Origin: Limnochordia bacterium
GTDB taxonomy: Bacteria; Bacillota; Limnochordia; DTU080
NCBI GenBank assembly: GCA_050951545.1
Contig: JBMNJG010000006.1
Span: 32,001-96,000, forward strand
Direction: 5' to 3'
DNA: 64,000 nt
Part shown: positions 10,592 through 21,048 of the stretch, in pieces
Layout of the letters: every line of letters starts with the position of its first letter
Position numbering within the stretch: position 1 is the stretch's first letter
Made by a program: the position numbers and the translations under genes
The notes under the pieces: model-generated
What the model was told of the DNA's origin: nothing
The model's database searches: none
What the model saw: the letters and a program-made list of their open reading frames with translations, nothing else

Positions 10592-11761
10592 ATGGTTATG
10601 CGCCCGTCAACGCGCCGCAAGATGGGGCTTCGACTCGGAATCGATCGCCTACTTGGTTCCGAGTACAAGAAGCTAGAAGGCAAACGCCTCGGTCTGATCA
10701 CCAACGAGACAGGTCAGACGTCTAACCTCGTGCCTACAATCGACGCTTTGTGCGAGCACCCCCGCCTGAATCTCGTGGCCCTCTTCGGCCCCGAACACGG
10801 TGTCCGCGGGTACGCTCAAGCAGGGGCCCGGGTTTCATCAAGTACTGATCCTGGAACAGACCTGCCTGTGCATAGCCTTTACGGCAAGAGCGTGAAGCCG
10901 ACTCCCGAGATGTTGAGTGAAGTGGACGCGATCATTTTCGACATCCAAGACGCTGGAGTGCGGTTTTTCACCTACATGTCGACCCTCGCCCATGTGATGC
11001 AGGCCGCTGTGGGTACAGACATCGACATAGTGGTCCTCGATCGGCCAAACCCCATAACCGGAACCCGTGTTGAGGGCACTGTGCTCGACCCCAACTTTGC
11101 CTCGTTTGTCGGGCTATACCCCATTGCCCTGCGCCATGGCATGACTGTCGGTGAAATGGCGCACATGTTTAATGAAGCATTCGGCATTGGCTGCAAGTTG
11201 AGCGTGGTCCGGATGGAAGGATGGAATAGGTCTTCGTGGTACGACGAAACTGGGGCCTTCTGGGTGCTCCCGGGGCCGAATGTCGCCACGCTTGATTCTG
11301 CCATTTTGTACCCCGGTACCTGCCTGGTGGAAGGGGTCAATGTATCAGAGGGGCGAGGGACGACACGCGCTTTTGAGAACATCGGCGCTCCGTGGATCGA
11401 CGCCCGTGAGCTGTGGCGAAGCCTGCGCGCGCTCGATCTCGCGGGCGTGGCCTTTCGGCAAGCTTACTTCATACCCACGTTCAGTAAGTATCAGGGAGAG
11501 CTATGCGCAGGTGTACAGCTGCATGTTACCGATCGCGACACCTTTCAGCCCGTCAACACTGGGCTGCATTTGATCGCCACCCTGAAGTCCCTGTATCCGG
11601 AGCTCCTCGAATTCCGTCCACATTTCGATAGACTGCTGGGCACGGACACCGTGCGCAAGCAGCTCGAAGCCGGGCACAGCGTAGAGTCCATCGTGGCGAG
11701 CTGGGCACCTGAATTGGAGCGTTTCTGCCAGCTGCGAGACAAGTACCTTCTCTATGACTAA
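10592..11761 (+). CDS. namZ: Exo-beta-N-acetylmuramidase NamZ (DUF1343/YbbC family)
   Basis: LGLITNETG, ALFGPEHGVRG, FDIQDAGVRFFTY, LDRPNP, RHGMTVGE, SEGRGTT. Confidence 0.93.
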   Translation: MVMRPSTRRKMGLRLGIDRLLGSEYKKLEGKRLGLITNETGQTSNLVPTIDALCEHPRLNLVALFGPEHGVRGYAQAGARVSSSTDPGTDLPVHSLYGKSVKPTPEMLSEVDAIIFDIQDAGVRFFTYMSTLAHVMQAAVGTDIDIVVLDRPNPITGTRVEGTVLDPNFASFVGLYPIALRHGMTVGEMAHMFNEAFGIGCKLSVVRMEGWNRSSWYDETGAFWVLPGPNVATLDSAILYPGTCLVEGVNVSEGRGTTRAFENIGAPWIDARELWRSLRALDLAGVAFRQAYFIPTFSKYQGELCAGVQLHVTDRDTFQPVNTGLHLIATLKSLYPELLEFRPHFDRLLGTDTVRKQLEAGHSVESIVASWAPELERFCQLRDKYLLYD

Positions 11762-11796
11762 CTCAAGCAGAGAGGATGCCGCAGAGAGCGTAATAG

Positions 11797-11851
11797 CAAG
11801 GGGGGGCGGCTCGGGAATGTCTGGAACCCCTGGAAGCCGTCCCCCCCTTGT
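11797..11851. terminator. Hairpin between convergent namZ and SBP genes
   Basis: CAAGGGGGGGCGGCT...AGCCGTCCCCCCTTG inverted repeat. Confidence 0.6.
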
Positions 11852-11879
11852 ACCTCGAAAAACTCGGATAGCATCACGC

Positions 11880-13124
11880 CTACTTGCCAAAAACCGCGGC
11901 GAAATCCATTTCTAGCAGAGTCTGGGCTTCATCGAGAGCCGCCTTTGGCGATTGCTTGAGCCCGGCTACGTCTGTCATCACCTTCTGCGTCCGATTTATG
12001 AAAGGTGGATGCCACAATGGAGGCCGTCCCCAGGCCTCGTCTGCTTGGCCCAACAGTGCTCTCTGGGCAGCGGGAAGCTCATTTCGAATGAGAGCTATCG
12101 CGTCGGGACGCGTCGGCAGGCGCGTCGTCTGACGCCACCAGCTCGCCTGAGTCTCCTTGCGCGAAAGCCAATTCAGCAGAATCCTGGTGTCTTCCGTGAC
12201 ATGAGCACCAATCGGTACTGAGTGTGCAGTGCCCCCCAACCAAGTGCCGTTGTGCCCGTACTCTGGATGTGGGAATTCCCCAACACCATAGCTGAAGTGC
12301 GGGTATCTGGCGGCGATGATGCCCACCTGACCGCTCTCGTGAGCTATCATGGCGAGCCTGCCTTGGTAGAAGGGATCAGTTCCCAGCGATGCTGTGACTG
12401 CAGCGTAGCTGTAACGCTCACCGTAGCTCTGTATCCACTCAAATCCGCGTACATGGTTAGGTGTGTTGATTGTGGGTCGCTTGGTGGCTGCGTCATAGAT
12501 CTCGCCCCCAAAAGTGTACAACCAACCCACAGCATACCAATTACCAGTCCATGGAATGAATCCGAGCTGTGTGAACTTGCCCTCCGCATCGCCTTTGGTC
12601 AGCTTTCTGGCCATATCGTCCAGTACCGCTAAGGTTGCTGGCGCCCGCGAATCATCGAAACCGCCTTGCCCTAGAAGATCCTTGTTCCAGTACAGTCCAC
12701 GGATGTCGGTGTCCCAAGGCACTCCGTAGCACTCGCCTTCATGCTGCACCTCGCTGTAGGTACCGGGTAACCAAGCACTGCGCACCGGGGTGTCGACAAA
12801 TCTGTCTAGGGGTTGGAGCAATCCCTTGTGTGCCATTTCCCGAATGTGCGACCTTTCACAATGTACGATATCGGGCGGCGCTCCTCCGGCGATGAGAGTT
12901 ACAAGCCTATCAAGCCCTCCACCACCTCTCAGCGGCTCAACCTCAATTCCCGGGTGCTCCTTCTTGAACTGCTCGATCAACCCCAGATACACGGGATCAA
13001 CAACGTCTTCGGCGTACCAGTTGTACTGGTAAACTACCCTGGCCATGGCTGACGGCACTACACACAAACCGACCAGCGTCACGAGCACTCCAACCAAACA
13101 CGGCCGACACAAGAATACCTTCAT
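11880..13124 (-). CDS. Sugar ABC transporter solute-binding protein
   Basis: Signal peptide (AMA-R), LIAGGAPPDIV, GVPWDTDIRGLYWN, NGTWLGG. Confidence 0.92.
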   Translation of the reverse strand: MKVFLCRPCLVGVLVTLVGLCVVPSAMARVVYQYNWYAEDVVDPVYLGLIEQFKKEHPGIEVEPLRGGGGLDRLVTLIAGGAPPDIVHCERSHIREMAHKGLLQPLDRFVDTPVRSAWLPGTYSEVQHEGECYGVPWDTDIRGLYWNKDLLGQGGFDDSRAPATLAVLDDMARKLTKGDAEGKFTQLGFIPWTGNWYAVGWLYTFGGEIYDAATKRPTINTPNHVRGFEWIQSYGERYSYAAVTASLGTDPFYQGRLAMIAHESGQVGIIAARYPHFSYGVGEFPHPEYGHNGTWLGGTAHSVPIGAHVTEDTRILLNWLSRKETQASWWRQTTRLPTRPDAIALIRNELPAAQRALLGQADEAWGRPPLWHPPFINRTQKVMTDVAGLKQSPKAALDEAQTLLEMDFAAVFGK

Positions 13125-13319
13125 CAGTGATACCTCCCATTTCCGTACAGCTCTAGGGATGTGTCCGGGCGCGAGAGTGTGCGGTTAGCCGTGCATTCGT
13201 TCATTAAATATACTTATATTTTTCCTATGCATATCCTTTGTTTCGGGTGCTAATGACAGTCTTATCCGAAACTGGCTATTGTATGGGTCCAGCCACACGG
13301 GCCACCACGCTACAAGTGT

Positions 13320-13351
13320 AGGGCCCTCCAAGCACGCCGTTGAGGGGCCCT
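13320..13351 (-). terminator. Hairpin downstream of URO-D family gene
   Basis: AGGGCCCTCCAA...TTGAGGGGCCCT inverted repeat. Confidence 0.5.
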
Positions 13352-13382
13352 TCCTCTGTTGAAAACAAGCGAGTGACAGCGT

Positions 13383-14522
13383 TCAGCCTTCCGCCCGCAG
13401 TGCCTTCCACTCGTCGATCATGGCCATCACGTTCTCCCACTGCCATTGTGGCCTGATAGACGGTACAGCAGTGAGAATGAAACCCTCCCTGCCAAACACC
13501 TCGATAGCCTTTCTGACCGCTACCCGCACATCGTCTGGCTTTCCCTCACCGATGTGTATCGGCGCGCTCACCCCGCCTCCGAGGCATTTCGTGCGCCCTA
13601 GCTCGCTCGCGATTCGGTGCATGTCTTGGCCGCCCAGCACAGGCTCGATCGTGTCGAGGTAATCGAAGTCCATCTCAGCCAGGATGGGGATGAGAGGCAT
13701 GATACCCGTGCACATCGTGTAGTTGAAGATGCAACCCGCATCATGAGCCATGGCGATCTCCTTCTCGACATGCGGCCTAATGTAGCGTGCATACTGCTTG
13801 GGGCTCCAGAAGTCTGTGCTCTCGTACCAGCCATTGCGACGTACCACGTCAACGCCCAGATCAAGCAAGATCTCGAGGCATCCCACAGCCGTTTGGTGGA
13901 CTATCTCGGAAAACCTGTCGAACGTCTCTGGTTCGTCCATGGAAAGAAGTGCCCCGCCCTCTACACCGAAGAGCGAAAGAGCGGCTGTGAGGCCCAGAGT
14001 ATAGGTGGCCAGTACGGGTACCTGAAACCTCTCCACAATCGGCGCGAGATGCCTCCAACGCTGGCGAGCCTTCCCCACCTGCTGATCCCCAGGAGGCAGA
14101 TGGCAGTACGCAAACCGCTCCACATCCTCGAGCGACTCCAGCCACGGCTTCACGTATCTGGAAACGTTGAAATCAGAGACAAAAGGGATGTCCTGCCCAT
14201 GGGGCCAATCCTCGGTCTTCCTCACGACCGCCCGGAGCGTGCCTCGTGGGGTCTCCACCTCTTTCACCAACAGTGGATAGGGCTCTCCTGGCCGCTGCTC
14301 TTCCCACACTCGCCAGCTCACATCCGGATGGATGCGCACGTCCACGCCAAAGTGAGTGATCGCATCAGCTCCGAGCTTCCCGATGATCACCTCAAGCCGC
14401 TCCACCTCGTTTGCCCACTGATACCCCTCCACCTGAGGCGTCGACCAAAAAGCAGGCAGGCACGGGACGTAGTCGGTCGCCTGCCTCTTCATGGCTGCGA
14501 TAAGCCGCTCCTTTGATGTCAT
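13383..14522 (-). CDS. Uroporphyrinogen decarboxylase / methyltransferase (URO-D) superfamily protein
   Basis: N-terminal MTSKERLIAAM...DYVP, ETPRGTL, FWSPKQY, CLGGGV, GFILT...WENVMAM. RBS GGGGAGG precedes 14522. Confidence 0.85.
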   Translation of the reverse strand: MTSKERLIAAMKRQATDYVPCLPAFWSTPQVEGYQWANEVERLEVIIGKLGADAITHFGVDVRIHPDVSWRVWEEQRPGEPYPLLVKEVETPRGTLRAVVRKTEDWPHGQDIPFVSDFNVSRYVKPWLESLEDVERFAYCHLPPGDQQVGKARQRWRHLAPIVERFQVPVLATYTLGLTAALSLFGVEGGALLSMDEPETFDRFSEIVHQTAVGCLEILLDLGVDVVRRNGWYESTDFWSPKQYARYIRPHVEKEIAMAHDAGCIFNYTMCTGIMPLIPILAEMDFDYLDTIEPVLGGQDMHRIASELGRTKCLGGGVSAPIHIGEGKPDDVRVAVRKAIEVFGREGFILTAVPSIRPQWQWENVMAMIDEWKALRAEG

Positions 14523-14621
14523 AGCACACCCTCCCCACCCTGAATTCTGCATCAAACATACCATTCACTAAGCACACACTGCCACTGTGACAGAAATCGC
14601 GCCACAGGCGGTCAGCATGTT

Positions 14622-15437
14622 AGGTTTGCGGAATCTGGTCTCCAGCCATTCGGTTCACTCAAGGGCAACTGGAATTGGCAAGACTTCCGCGACCTGGCCC
14701 GTAAGCTGGCACGTTTTGGTGCCGATGCCACGGTGGAGCGCTACGGAGCTAGTAGCTGGACCTTTCAGCAGTGGGTGTATAACGCAGGAGGTTGGCCGTT
14801 TGATCGTTTTGTCGACCCCACGAAAGCTACACTCTTGTCCGAACCCTGTATCACGGCCATCAGCTTCCTACGCTCCATGATCCACGAAGATCGGACGCTC
14901 ATGCAGGCATATCATCGCCTCTATGGTGGAGGGGCAGTCGCCTCCATCTCTACAAGCGCCGGTCCCGCCCTGACCCTCCTCCTGCGCGCCGATGGCTCGG
15001 TGCCTGAATGGAGCTATGGTCCACAACCGAAACTGGTGCGCCAAGGCACGGATGTTCAGTCGATCGGGGTCTCGATGAGTGCCAACACTAATAGTCCTGC
15101 TGCGGCCTGGAAGTGGATGGTATTCCTGGCCACTGAATGCGCACCGCTCCACATCGCAAACACAGGACGGCCTGTGCCCTACAGTGGGGCTGCGCGGCGC
15201 TATCTGAACTACTACCCGAACCCGTCTCCCTATGAATACGTGTGGATCGATCTGGTGTCGCACCCCGACGCCTTTGGCAGGCCAGTGGTAGATCAGCAGA
15301 TCTGGACCCAAGTGGAAACCCGTGTCATCCGCCCCGGAGGTGTCCTGGCAGCACAGGCGGTCGCAGTTGAAAGCGTTCTGCGACAGTTTCAGGACGAGCT
15401 GAATGCAGTTCTTCCTGCCCTTAGGATGGAGAAGTAG
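14622..15437 (+). pseudogene. C-terminal two-thirds of an SBP; signal peptide and N-lobe missing
   Basis: Frame open from RFAESGLQP..WNWQDFRDLARKL through SPAAAWKWMVFLA. No start codon or signal peptide. Confidence 0.8.
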
Positions 15438-15474
15438 CCCTAGGCCCATCTACTCACACAGGCATATGCGGTGG

Positions 15475-15570
15475 ATTGCGGGCCACGTAGATCATGTAGA
15501 TCGTGCCATCGGGAGCCTGGACACCGTCTAGATAGGATACGCCAGTACGAGCACCTAAGGTCAGGCCTCC
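15475..15570 (-). pseudogene. Short remnant of a BNR/sialidase-family gene C-terminus
   Basis: Minus-strand translation GGLTLGARTGVSYLDGVQAPDGTIYMIYVARN resembles the SYPD..QxxDGTIYxxY motif of BNR_2 sialidases. Confidence 0.6.
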
Positions 15571-15670
15571 ACACCGGGTTGCACCCTCAATACCAGTAGC
15601 ATAAGGCTGATCTCGCTACTCAGCTGACTTGGGTAGAAGGCCCCTACAGGCATAGTGGGCAAATACCGCC

Positions 15671-16774
15671 CTAAGCCTGCAACTCCCGCCAGAGAGCCAC
15701 CACCCCATCGGGATCACTATCTGCTGGACCGTGCAACAGCAGGCCTCGCTTCTGGCCGCCGAGTGCGTGCCAAATGCGCCGGTAGTACTCCGTGGACGGA
15801 GGGCTATCCCTATAGGGCAGGTTGCCGTTAAATACCAAACCAGCCGCCTGGCAATCGGCTATCACCTCATCGGGGCAAAAGCGCTGCGGATCGCCGAAGT
15901 TGAGTCCGCTGGCCTCAGGGATGTCATGCAGACATGCCCGATAAAGATGCGGGTTACTGCCACAGAAATGAATCCACCCCCCACCAAAGGCCTGAAGCAG
16001 CTGCCGTATGTAGGGCACCCCAAACTCCTGAATGTGGCTGTCGGACAGCAGTGTGGTCGTGTCCTCACTGGTCTTGATACCACCGCTGCTAGCGTAGATG
16101 CCGTTATAGTGGTAGGCCCACTCCCCTGCCTCGCCGTTCACTTCTTTGCAGGCCCTGATGCCCTTGATCAAGGCCTGAGTGCATAGCTCGAGCAAGTGAT
16201 GCATGAAGGGTGGGTCGTCATAGAGCTCCGTGAAAAAACTGTCGCCTATCGCCTGATGAGCGGTGTCGATAGGCCCCTGCACATCCATCGTATAGACAAA
16301 GGCCCGCCCTTGTAGAGTCTCCTGGAAGAAGGCCATGTACTCGAGGCCGCGGGCAAACTCGCCCGTATAAGGATCGATGTCATCCGGGGTCATCTGCATC
16401 AGCTTCTGCTTGCTGACATGCCCCGTGATCCAAGGACGGACGTCAGGCCGAATGGTGTACTCCGCGCCTAGTAGCGTGGGGAATATGCCACAGCCCATGT
16501 CCGCCCGCATCGAAGGTATGCTATCGCCCGGAGAGTAGGCCGACTGGAGCAGGCCTGGAAGATGGTTATAGAGCATCTTGACGGGGTCATAGTAGGCCTC
16601 TCGCAGGTCATAGGTGGGCAGACCCGACAGGTACTCTCGGGGTGGTTTCCCAGGGATCACAAGCGGCAGTACGTCGGGCTCCCGGCCCTCCCACACTGCC
16701 GCCATGCGTTCACGGGCTTTCTCCACCCGCACACCCATTACTGGTAACCGCTCTACGGCCGCATCCAACTCCAC
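15671..16774 (-). CDS. URO-D superfamily protein
   Basis: DVQGPIDTA, FFTELYDDPPFMHHLLELCT, SEDTTTLLS, WIHFCG. Confidence 0.8.
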   Translation of the reverse strand: MELDAAVERLPVMGVRVEKARERMAAVWEGREPDVLPLVIPGKPPREYLSGLPTYDLREAYYDPVKMLYNHLPGLLQSAYSPGDSIPSMRADMGCGIFPTLLGAEYTIRPDVRPWITGHVSKQKLMQMTPDDIDPYTGEFARGLEYMAFFQETLQGRAFVYTMDVQGPIDTAHQAIGDSFFTELYDDPPFMHHLLELCTQALIKGIRACKEVNGEAGEWAYHYNGIYASSGGIKTSEDTTTLLSDSHIQEFGVPYIRQLLQAFGGGWIHFCGSNPHLYRACLHDIPEASGLNFGDPQRFCPDEVIADCQAAGLVFNGNLPYRDSPPSTEYYRRIWHALGGQKRGLLLHGPADSDPDGVVALWRELQA

Positions 16775-16909
16775 GGCGCACCCCCTGACTCACGTAGTCA
16801 TAACACGGTGCTCTTTCGTAGCCCAGGGATGCTTCTCCTTCTGCTATGGATGGGGCTTCGTCTGCGACCGCCGTATACGCTTGCCCTCGTATCCACACTA
16901 CGCGTTAGT

Positions 16910-18175
16910 CTATTTCCCCCTCAACACAGGTCGGATTTCCGCTGCAGCGTTGGCCATCGCGTTCTGCGGAGACACCGCACGGGAAAAGACAGTTGCCAGA
17001 TGACGGTTCATAATCGTGTTTAGCTCCCCGTAAGTGGTCCAGTAGTTCATGTTGTGAATGCGATTCTCCCCATAGAGAGTGTTCATCAGGAAATCCTGGA
17101 CAGAACGCCTCTGATCGGTAGGCAGACGCGAGAAGTACATCTCCCACAGCGACGAGCTTTGTATGATAGGCTGCCTGTTATCATGCACCACCCATGCCTG
17201 CTGCCCTTCATGAGTGAGAAACCATTCAAGCACTTGCCAGCTTTGGTCAGGTTTCGCGGCATTAAACGGTATACTCCACAAGTGACCCTGTGCAAAGCTA
17301 TCTCCATTGCTCGGACCCAAGGGGAAGGTCATAAGGCGCCAGTCATAATTCACCCGGTTGGCTAGATCAAAGGCTGTAGATACCCAGCCCGCGAAAATGC
17401 CGTAACCCCCGTCCCATTCGTTACGAGCAGCCGCAACCCCAGGGCCTGGCACAGCACCATAGTTGTAGATCAGATCTAACCACATCTCGAGCATCTCGAT
17501 CATGGGAGGCTCTTCAATGCACACGTCGGTTCGGTCGTCATTCAGCCATCCTGTCCCGTTAAAGAGCACCGCCCACTGCCAGTTCACCGTACTCCAGTGG
17601 CCCATCAGCTGCGACCCGTATACCCCTTTTGTCGGCTTAGCTAGGCGCCTGACGTACGTTTGCCAGGCCTCCATGGTCCAGTTGGTGTCCGGCTGCACCA
17701 AACCAGCCTGGGCGACTAGGTCTCCGTTGAGTACCAGGATTCGAGCATTGTAGTCGTGTGGTACGCCGTAGATGCGACCTTTGTAGCTGGCCGCCTCTTC
17801 GGCAAAAGGGTACGGTCGGGCTCTTTTGATGACGACGCTGCTTTGCCAGCGCTCGGTGAGATCCAAGAGGAGCCCTTGCTCAACCCACTGCGGTTTGTAC
17901 TGCGCCCAGGCCTGGAAGATGTCTGGTGGTGCACCAGCGGCAACCATCACGGCTATCTTCTCGGGATAGCCGTTGTAGGGATACGCATCGATGCGCAGCT
18001 CGTATTCCGGGTGCGCAGCATTGAACACCGCAGCCACTTTGGCATGTCGTGTGTAGACCATGGGGTCTTCAGCGCCATAGGTGGCCAGCAGAATGGGTGT
18101 CTTCGCGTCGGCACAGCCAGCAAAAACTGCAAGAAGGAGTACAATCAGCGCCAGGGTTCGGTTTACCAGCTTCAT
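16910..18175 (-). CDS. Sugar ABC transporter solute-binding protein
   Basis: Signal peptide, KIAVMVAAGAPPDIF, GRIYGVP, PDQSWQVLEWF. Confidence 0.92.
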   Translation of the reverse strand: MKLVNRTLALIVLLLAVFAGCADAKTPILLATYGAEDPMVYTRHAKVAAVFNAAHPEYELRIDAYPYNGYPEKIAVMVAAGAPPDIFQAWAQYKPQWVEQGLLLDLTERWQSSVVIKRARPYPFAEEAASYKGRIYGVPHDYNARILVLNGDLVAQAGLVQPDTNWTMEAWQTYVRRLAKPTKGVYGSQLMGHWSTVNWQWAVLFNGTGWLNDDRTDVCIEEPPMIEMLEMWLDLIYNYGAVPGPGVAAARNEWDGGYGIFAGWVSTAFDLANRVNYDWRLMTFPLGPSNGDSFAQGHLWSIPFNAAKPDQSWQVLEWFLTHEGQQAWVVHDNRQPIIQSSSLWEMYFSRLPTDQRRSVQDFLMNTLYGENRIHNMNYWTTYGELNTIMNRHLATVFSRAVSPQNAMANAAAEIRPVLRGK

Positions 18176-18311
18176 TCTGATATCCCCCTTCATTCAGATC
18201 ATCTCACCCAGTCGTCGTGTACTGGCGGCATTGCGCCAGGGAATATCCTACTTCCGCTCCTCGCTCATCTCTGGCACCCAAGATGCGGCCCACTAGCAGC
18301 CCTTGGCGAAT

Positions 18312-19559
18312 CTACTCCTTAGCCAGTTCGACGTTCATGATGTGTTCTGCTCGCATGAGAGCTTCGGGCACCGCGACTCTCCCATCAAAGGCTGCGACAA
18401 ACTCCCGGCCTACCGGGTCTCGAAATCGGTCATAGCGTGTGTGTTTGACACCATGGAGCAACAAGGGTGAGTGAACAGCAGCTAGCATCTGTGTCTTGAG
18501 GGGGTGCGTTTGAAACTCGGGGTCACTAAAAAGCGAACGGCGCACGGGAAGCATGCCGCGGTGAACAAGGTATTCCTTGAGGTTTTTTGGTTGCACCCAC
18601 GCTTCAATCACCCGCCAGGCGTCGTCGGGAACCTTGCTGGATGAGGTAATAAAGAGATTCGCCGACATCACATGCAGGTTATCGGTACCAGCGATAGGAC
18701 CGGGATATCTGTCGAAAGCAAGCAATCCTGGATCTGCGGCGTCAGGTCGGGCCGCGCAGAGAGTGGCCCAATATGCTCCACTCCAGCTGTAGTAGATGCC
18801 ACCCTTTCCGTCAACAAGCTGAACTTGGTCCGGCGATTGTCGCCCGCCGATCTCCGTAAGGTCACGCAAGTAGTCCATGGCCCGTATGCCTTCTGCATGG
18901 GTGAGTTTGACTTGAGTATCTCTTTCTGAAATAATGCTCACGCCCTGCTGCCTGAAGAGGCTTTCCACAAGGGCCATCTGGTACAGGATACCGCGCTCTA
19001 CCCGCACCCCCCAGCGCTCGATATTCCCATCGCTGCCCACGCGCGTGAGGCGCCGAGCAGCTACCAGCATCTCCTCCCAGGTCTTTGGGCACTCTTTCAT
19101 CGCAGCTTCGGCAAGGACGTTCCGATTCCATAGTACGCCCCAAGGCCAGACCATGAAGGGCATGGCCTGCAGCTCACCACGATAGGTAAGTCCCTCGATC
19201 ACATCGGGCAGGAAGTCGTTCCGATTCGGAAGGGCGTTGAAGTAGCGGTTGAGAGGTAGTGTGATGCCAGCCTCCACCCACCGCCCCACGACGGAGTCTA
19301 CCTCGTAGACGATGTCAGGCCCGACGCCCGCAGCTATGGTGACGGGGAGCTTGTCACGTGGACTGGCCGTTTGTGTCTCCAGCTCAAGTTTGATGTCGGG
19401 GTTCTCTCTTTCGAAGGCGACCCCCCATTCCTTCACCCATGGTTCGGCCTCAGCCTGCCAATGCATCCACCACGTGACTGACGTCTTAGCACATGATAAT
19501 GCCCCAGCCAAACCGACACACAGCAAACAGCAGCCTATTACTCTCCACGCCTTTCCCAT
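18312..19559 (-). CDS. Sugar ABC transporter solute-binding protein
   Basis: KLPVTIAAGVGPDIV, PKTWEEML, SKVPDDAWRVIE. Confidence 0.9.
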   Translation of the reverse strand: MGKAWRVIGCCLLCVGLAGALSCAKTSVTWWMHWQAEAEPWVKEWGVAFERENPDIKLELETQTASPRDKLPVTIAAGVGPDIVYEVDSVVGRWVEAGITLPLNRYFNALPNRNDFLPDVIEGLTYRGELQAMPFMVWPWGVLWNRNVLAEAAMKECPKTWEEMLVAARRLTRVGSDGNIERWGVRVERGILYQMALVESLFRQQGVSIISERDTQVKLTHAEGIRAMDYLRDLTEIGGRQSPDQVQLVDGKGGIYYSWSGAYWATLCAARPDAADPGLLAFDRYPGPIAGTDNLHVMSANLFITSSSKVPDDAWRVIEAWVQPKNLKEYLVHRGMLPVRRSLFSDPEFQTHPLKTQMLAAVHSPLLLHGVKHTRYDRFRDPVGREFVAAFDGRVAVPEALMRAEHIMNVELAKE

Positions 19560-19636
19560 CTTCCAGCGCCTCCCTCTTTGCTTTGGTCTTCCTACAGTAC
19601 GGGGCCCGTTGGCAGGCGCGCTCACCGCGCTCACTC

Positions 19637-20890
19637 CTACCTATCGGTTCCGTACACGTTGCCGAACACCTTGTTGATCTCTTCTGCCGCACGCAATACG
19701 CCTTCAGCTGCAGAGCGTTGTCCGCGCAGTACAGGCTCGATACCAGCTCGCTTCGCATTCTGCCATATCGCCCAGTCGGGGCTGGAGTCAGCATCGCTCA
19801 TATAGCCGACAGACTGTGCGAGTGTCTGCTGAATGCTGTTCATTTTGACACGCGCAGCGACTGACCGCACCGACGGAATGCTATAGGGCGCCTGATATGA
19901 CGTCCAGAAAGCTTCGATTGTCTCTTGTGTGAGCAACTCCCTGAGCACTGCCCACACCGCCTGAAGATCCTGGCCGGGCCGCCGCATGACTTCGAACATG
20001 TTGGATCCACCGTAGATATCGTGGGTCACTGGCCCTCTGGGCACCATCGCTGTGCCAAAATCAAGCCCCTCAACTCTAGCGAACGTGTTGATCAGCCACG
20101 AGCCTCCAATCTGAAAACCTAGGTTGGCTCCTGCTAGACTGCCGCCGACTATCGCCGAGCGGTCTTCGAGAGCCATGTCTGCGAGAAACTGAGTGGCCTG
20201 AATGGCCTGTGGCGAATCAATCGCCGCAGACCTGCGGTCTGGCTGCAGAATGCGGCCACCGAATGACTTTACGAGCGAATCGAAGATCTCGTAGCTGGCC
20301 CCTACAGACAGTCCCCAGATGTCGTTTTGGCCATCGCCATCCGTGTCACGAGCGATCTTCCGGGCTGCGAGACGCAGATCCGCCCAGGTCCACGAGGCGC
20401 TAGGTGGGTTAACGCCCGCGTTGCGCAGCAACTCGTTGCTATACCAGAGCACTGAACCTACCGTGTCGTAAGGCAGACCGTAGACGCCCTTTCCATCAGG
20501 TTGGGGCCAGCGCACTTCGTTGAAGGGCCCGGGCCAGAAGCTCTCTTTGCGCAGGGTAGCATCTTTATCCAGCAATGGTCCCAAATCCACAGCCCCTCCG
20601 CGCACCACATGGCCGAAGGCATACGTTCCTGCTGTGTCCACGATGTCGGGAGCCTGGTCAGTGCTCATCAGCACGAGCAGCTTGTTCCAGAAATCTGGGT
20701 AGTTGACAGTCTCGATGCCAATACCAGGGTGCTTGGCCTCCCATTTGGGTATAAGGCGGTCACGCAGTATCTCAAAGCGAGGCTGCGAGTACGTGGCGAT
20801 GGTCACCGTGGCCTTGGCCGCAACGCAGGTCGGAACTGCGAGAGAAACGACAAGCCAGGCAGTGAGGAACACGCCTACCCTGGTTCTCAT
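19637..20890 (-). CDS. Sugar ABC transporter solute-binding protein
   Basis: Signal peptide, KLLVLMSTDQAPDIV, YGLPYD, WTWADL, DTDGDGQNDIWG. Confidence 0.92.
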   Translation of the reverse strand: MRTRVGVFLTAWLVVSLAVPTCVAAKATVTIATYSQPRFEILRDRLIPKWEAKHPGIGIETVNYPDFWNKLLVLMSTDQAPDIVDTAGTYAFGHVVRGGAVDLGPLLDKDATLRKESFWPGPFNEVRWPQPDGKGVYGLPYDTVGSVLWYSNELLRNAGVNPPSASWTWADLRLAARKIARDTDGDGQNDIWGLSVGASYEIFDSLVKSFGGRILQPDRRSAAIDSPQAIQATQFLADMALEDRSAIVGGSLAGANLGFQIGGSWLINTFARVEGLDFGTAMVPRGPVTHDIYGGSNMFEVMRRPGQDLQAVWAVLRELLTQETIEAFWTSYQAPYSIPSVRSVAARVKMNSIQQTLAQSVGYMSDADSSPDWAIWQNAKRAGIEPVLRGQRSAAEGVLRAAEEINKVFGNVYGTDR

Positions 20891-21048
20891 GGCATTACCA
20901 CCCCAGTGACAGCGCCTGTGATAAGCAACACCACGCCTACCAGAAGCACCAACTGTGCGGACCATCGGCTCCTCTGTCTACACACTGTAAACACCACCCT
21001 AGCTTGATTTACCAGCGCCTTATGTAATTCAGTCTACCGCACTTAGTT

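Noticed and set aside
13205-13240. Further sigmaH-like sites (13205-13240, 43300-43326, 24335-24358)
   Set aside because: AGGA is present but the -10 lacks GAA at the N17 position, so these were not counted.
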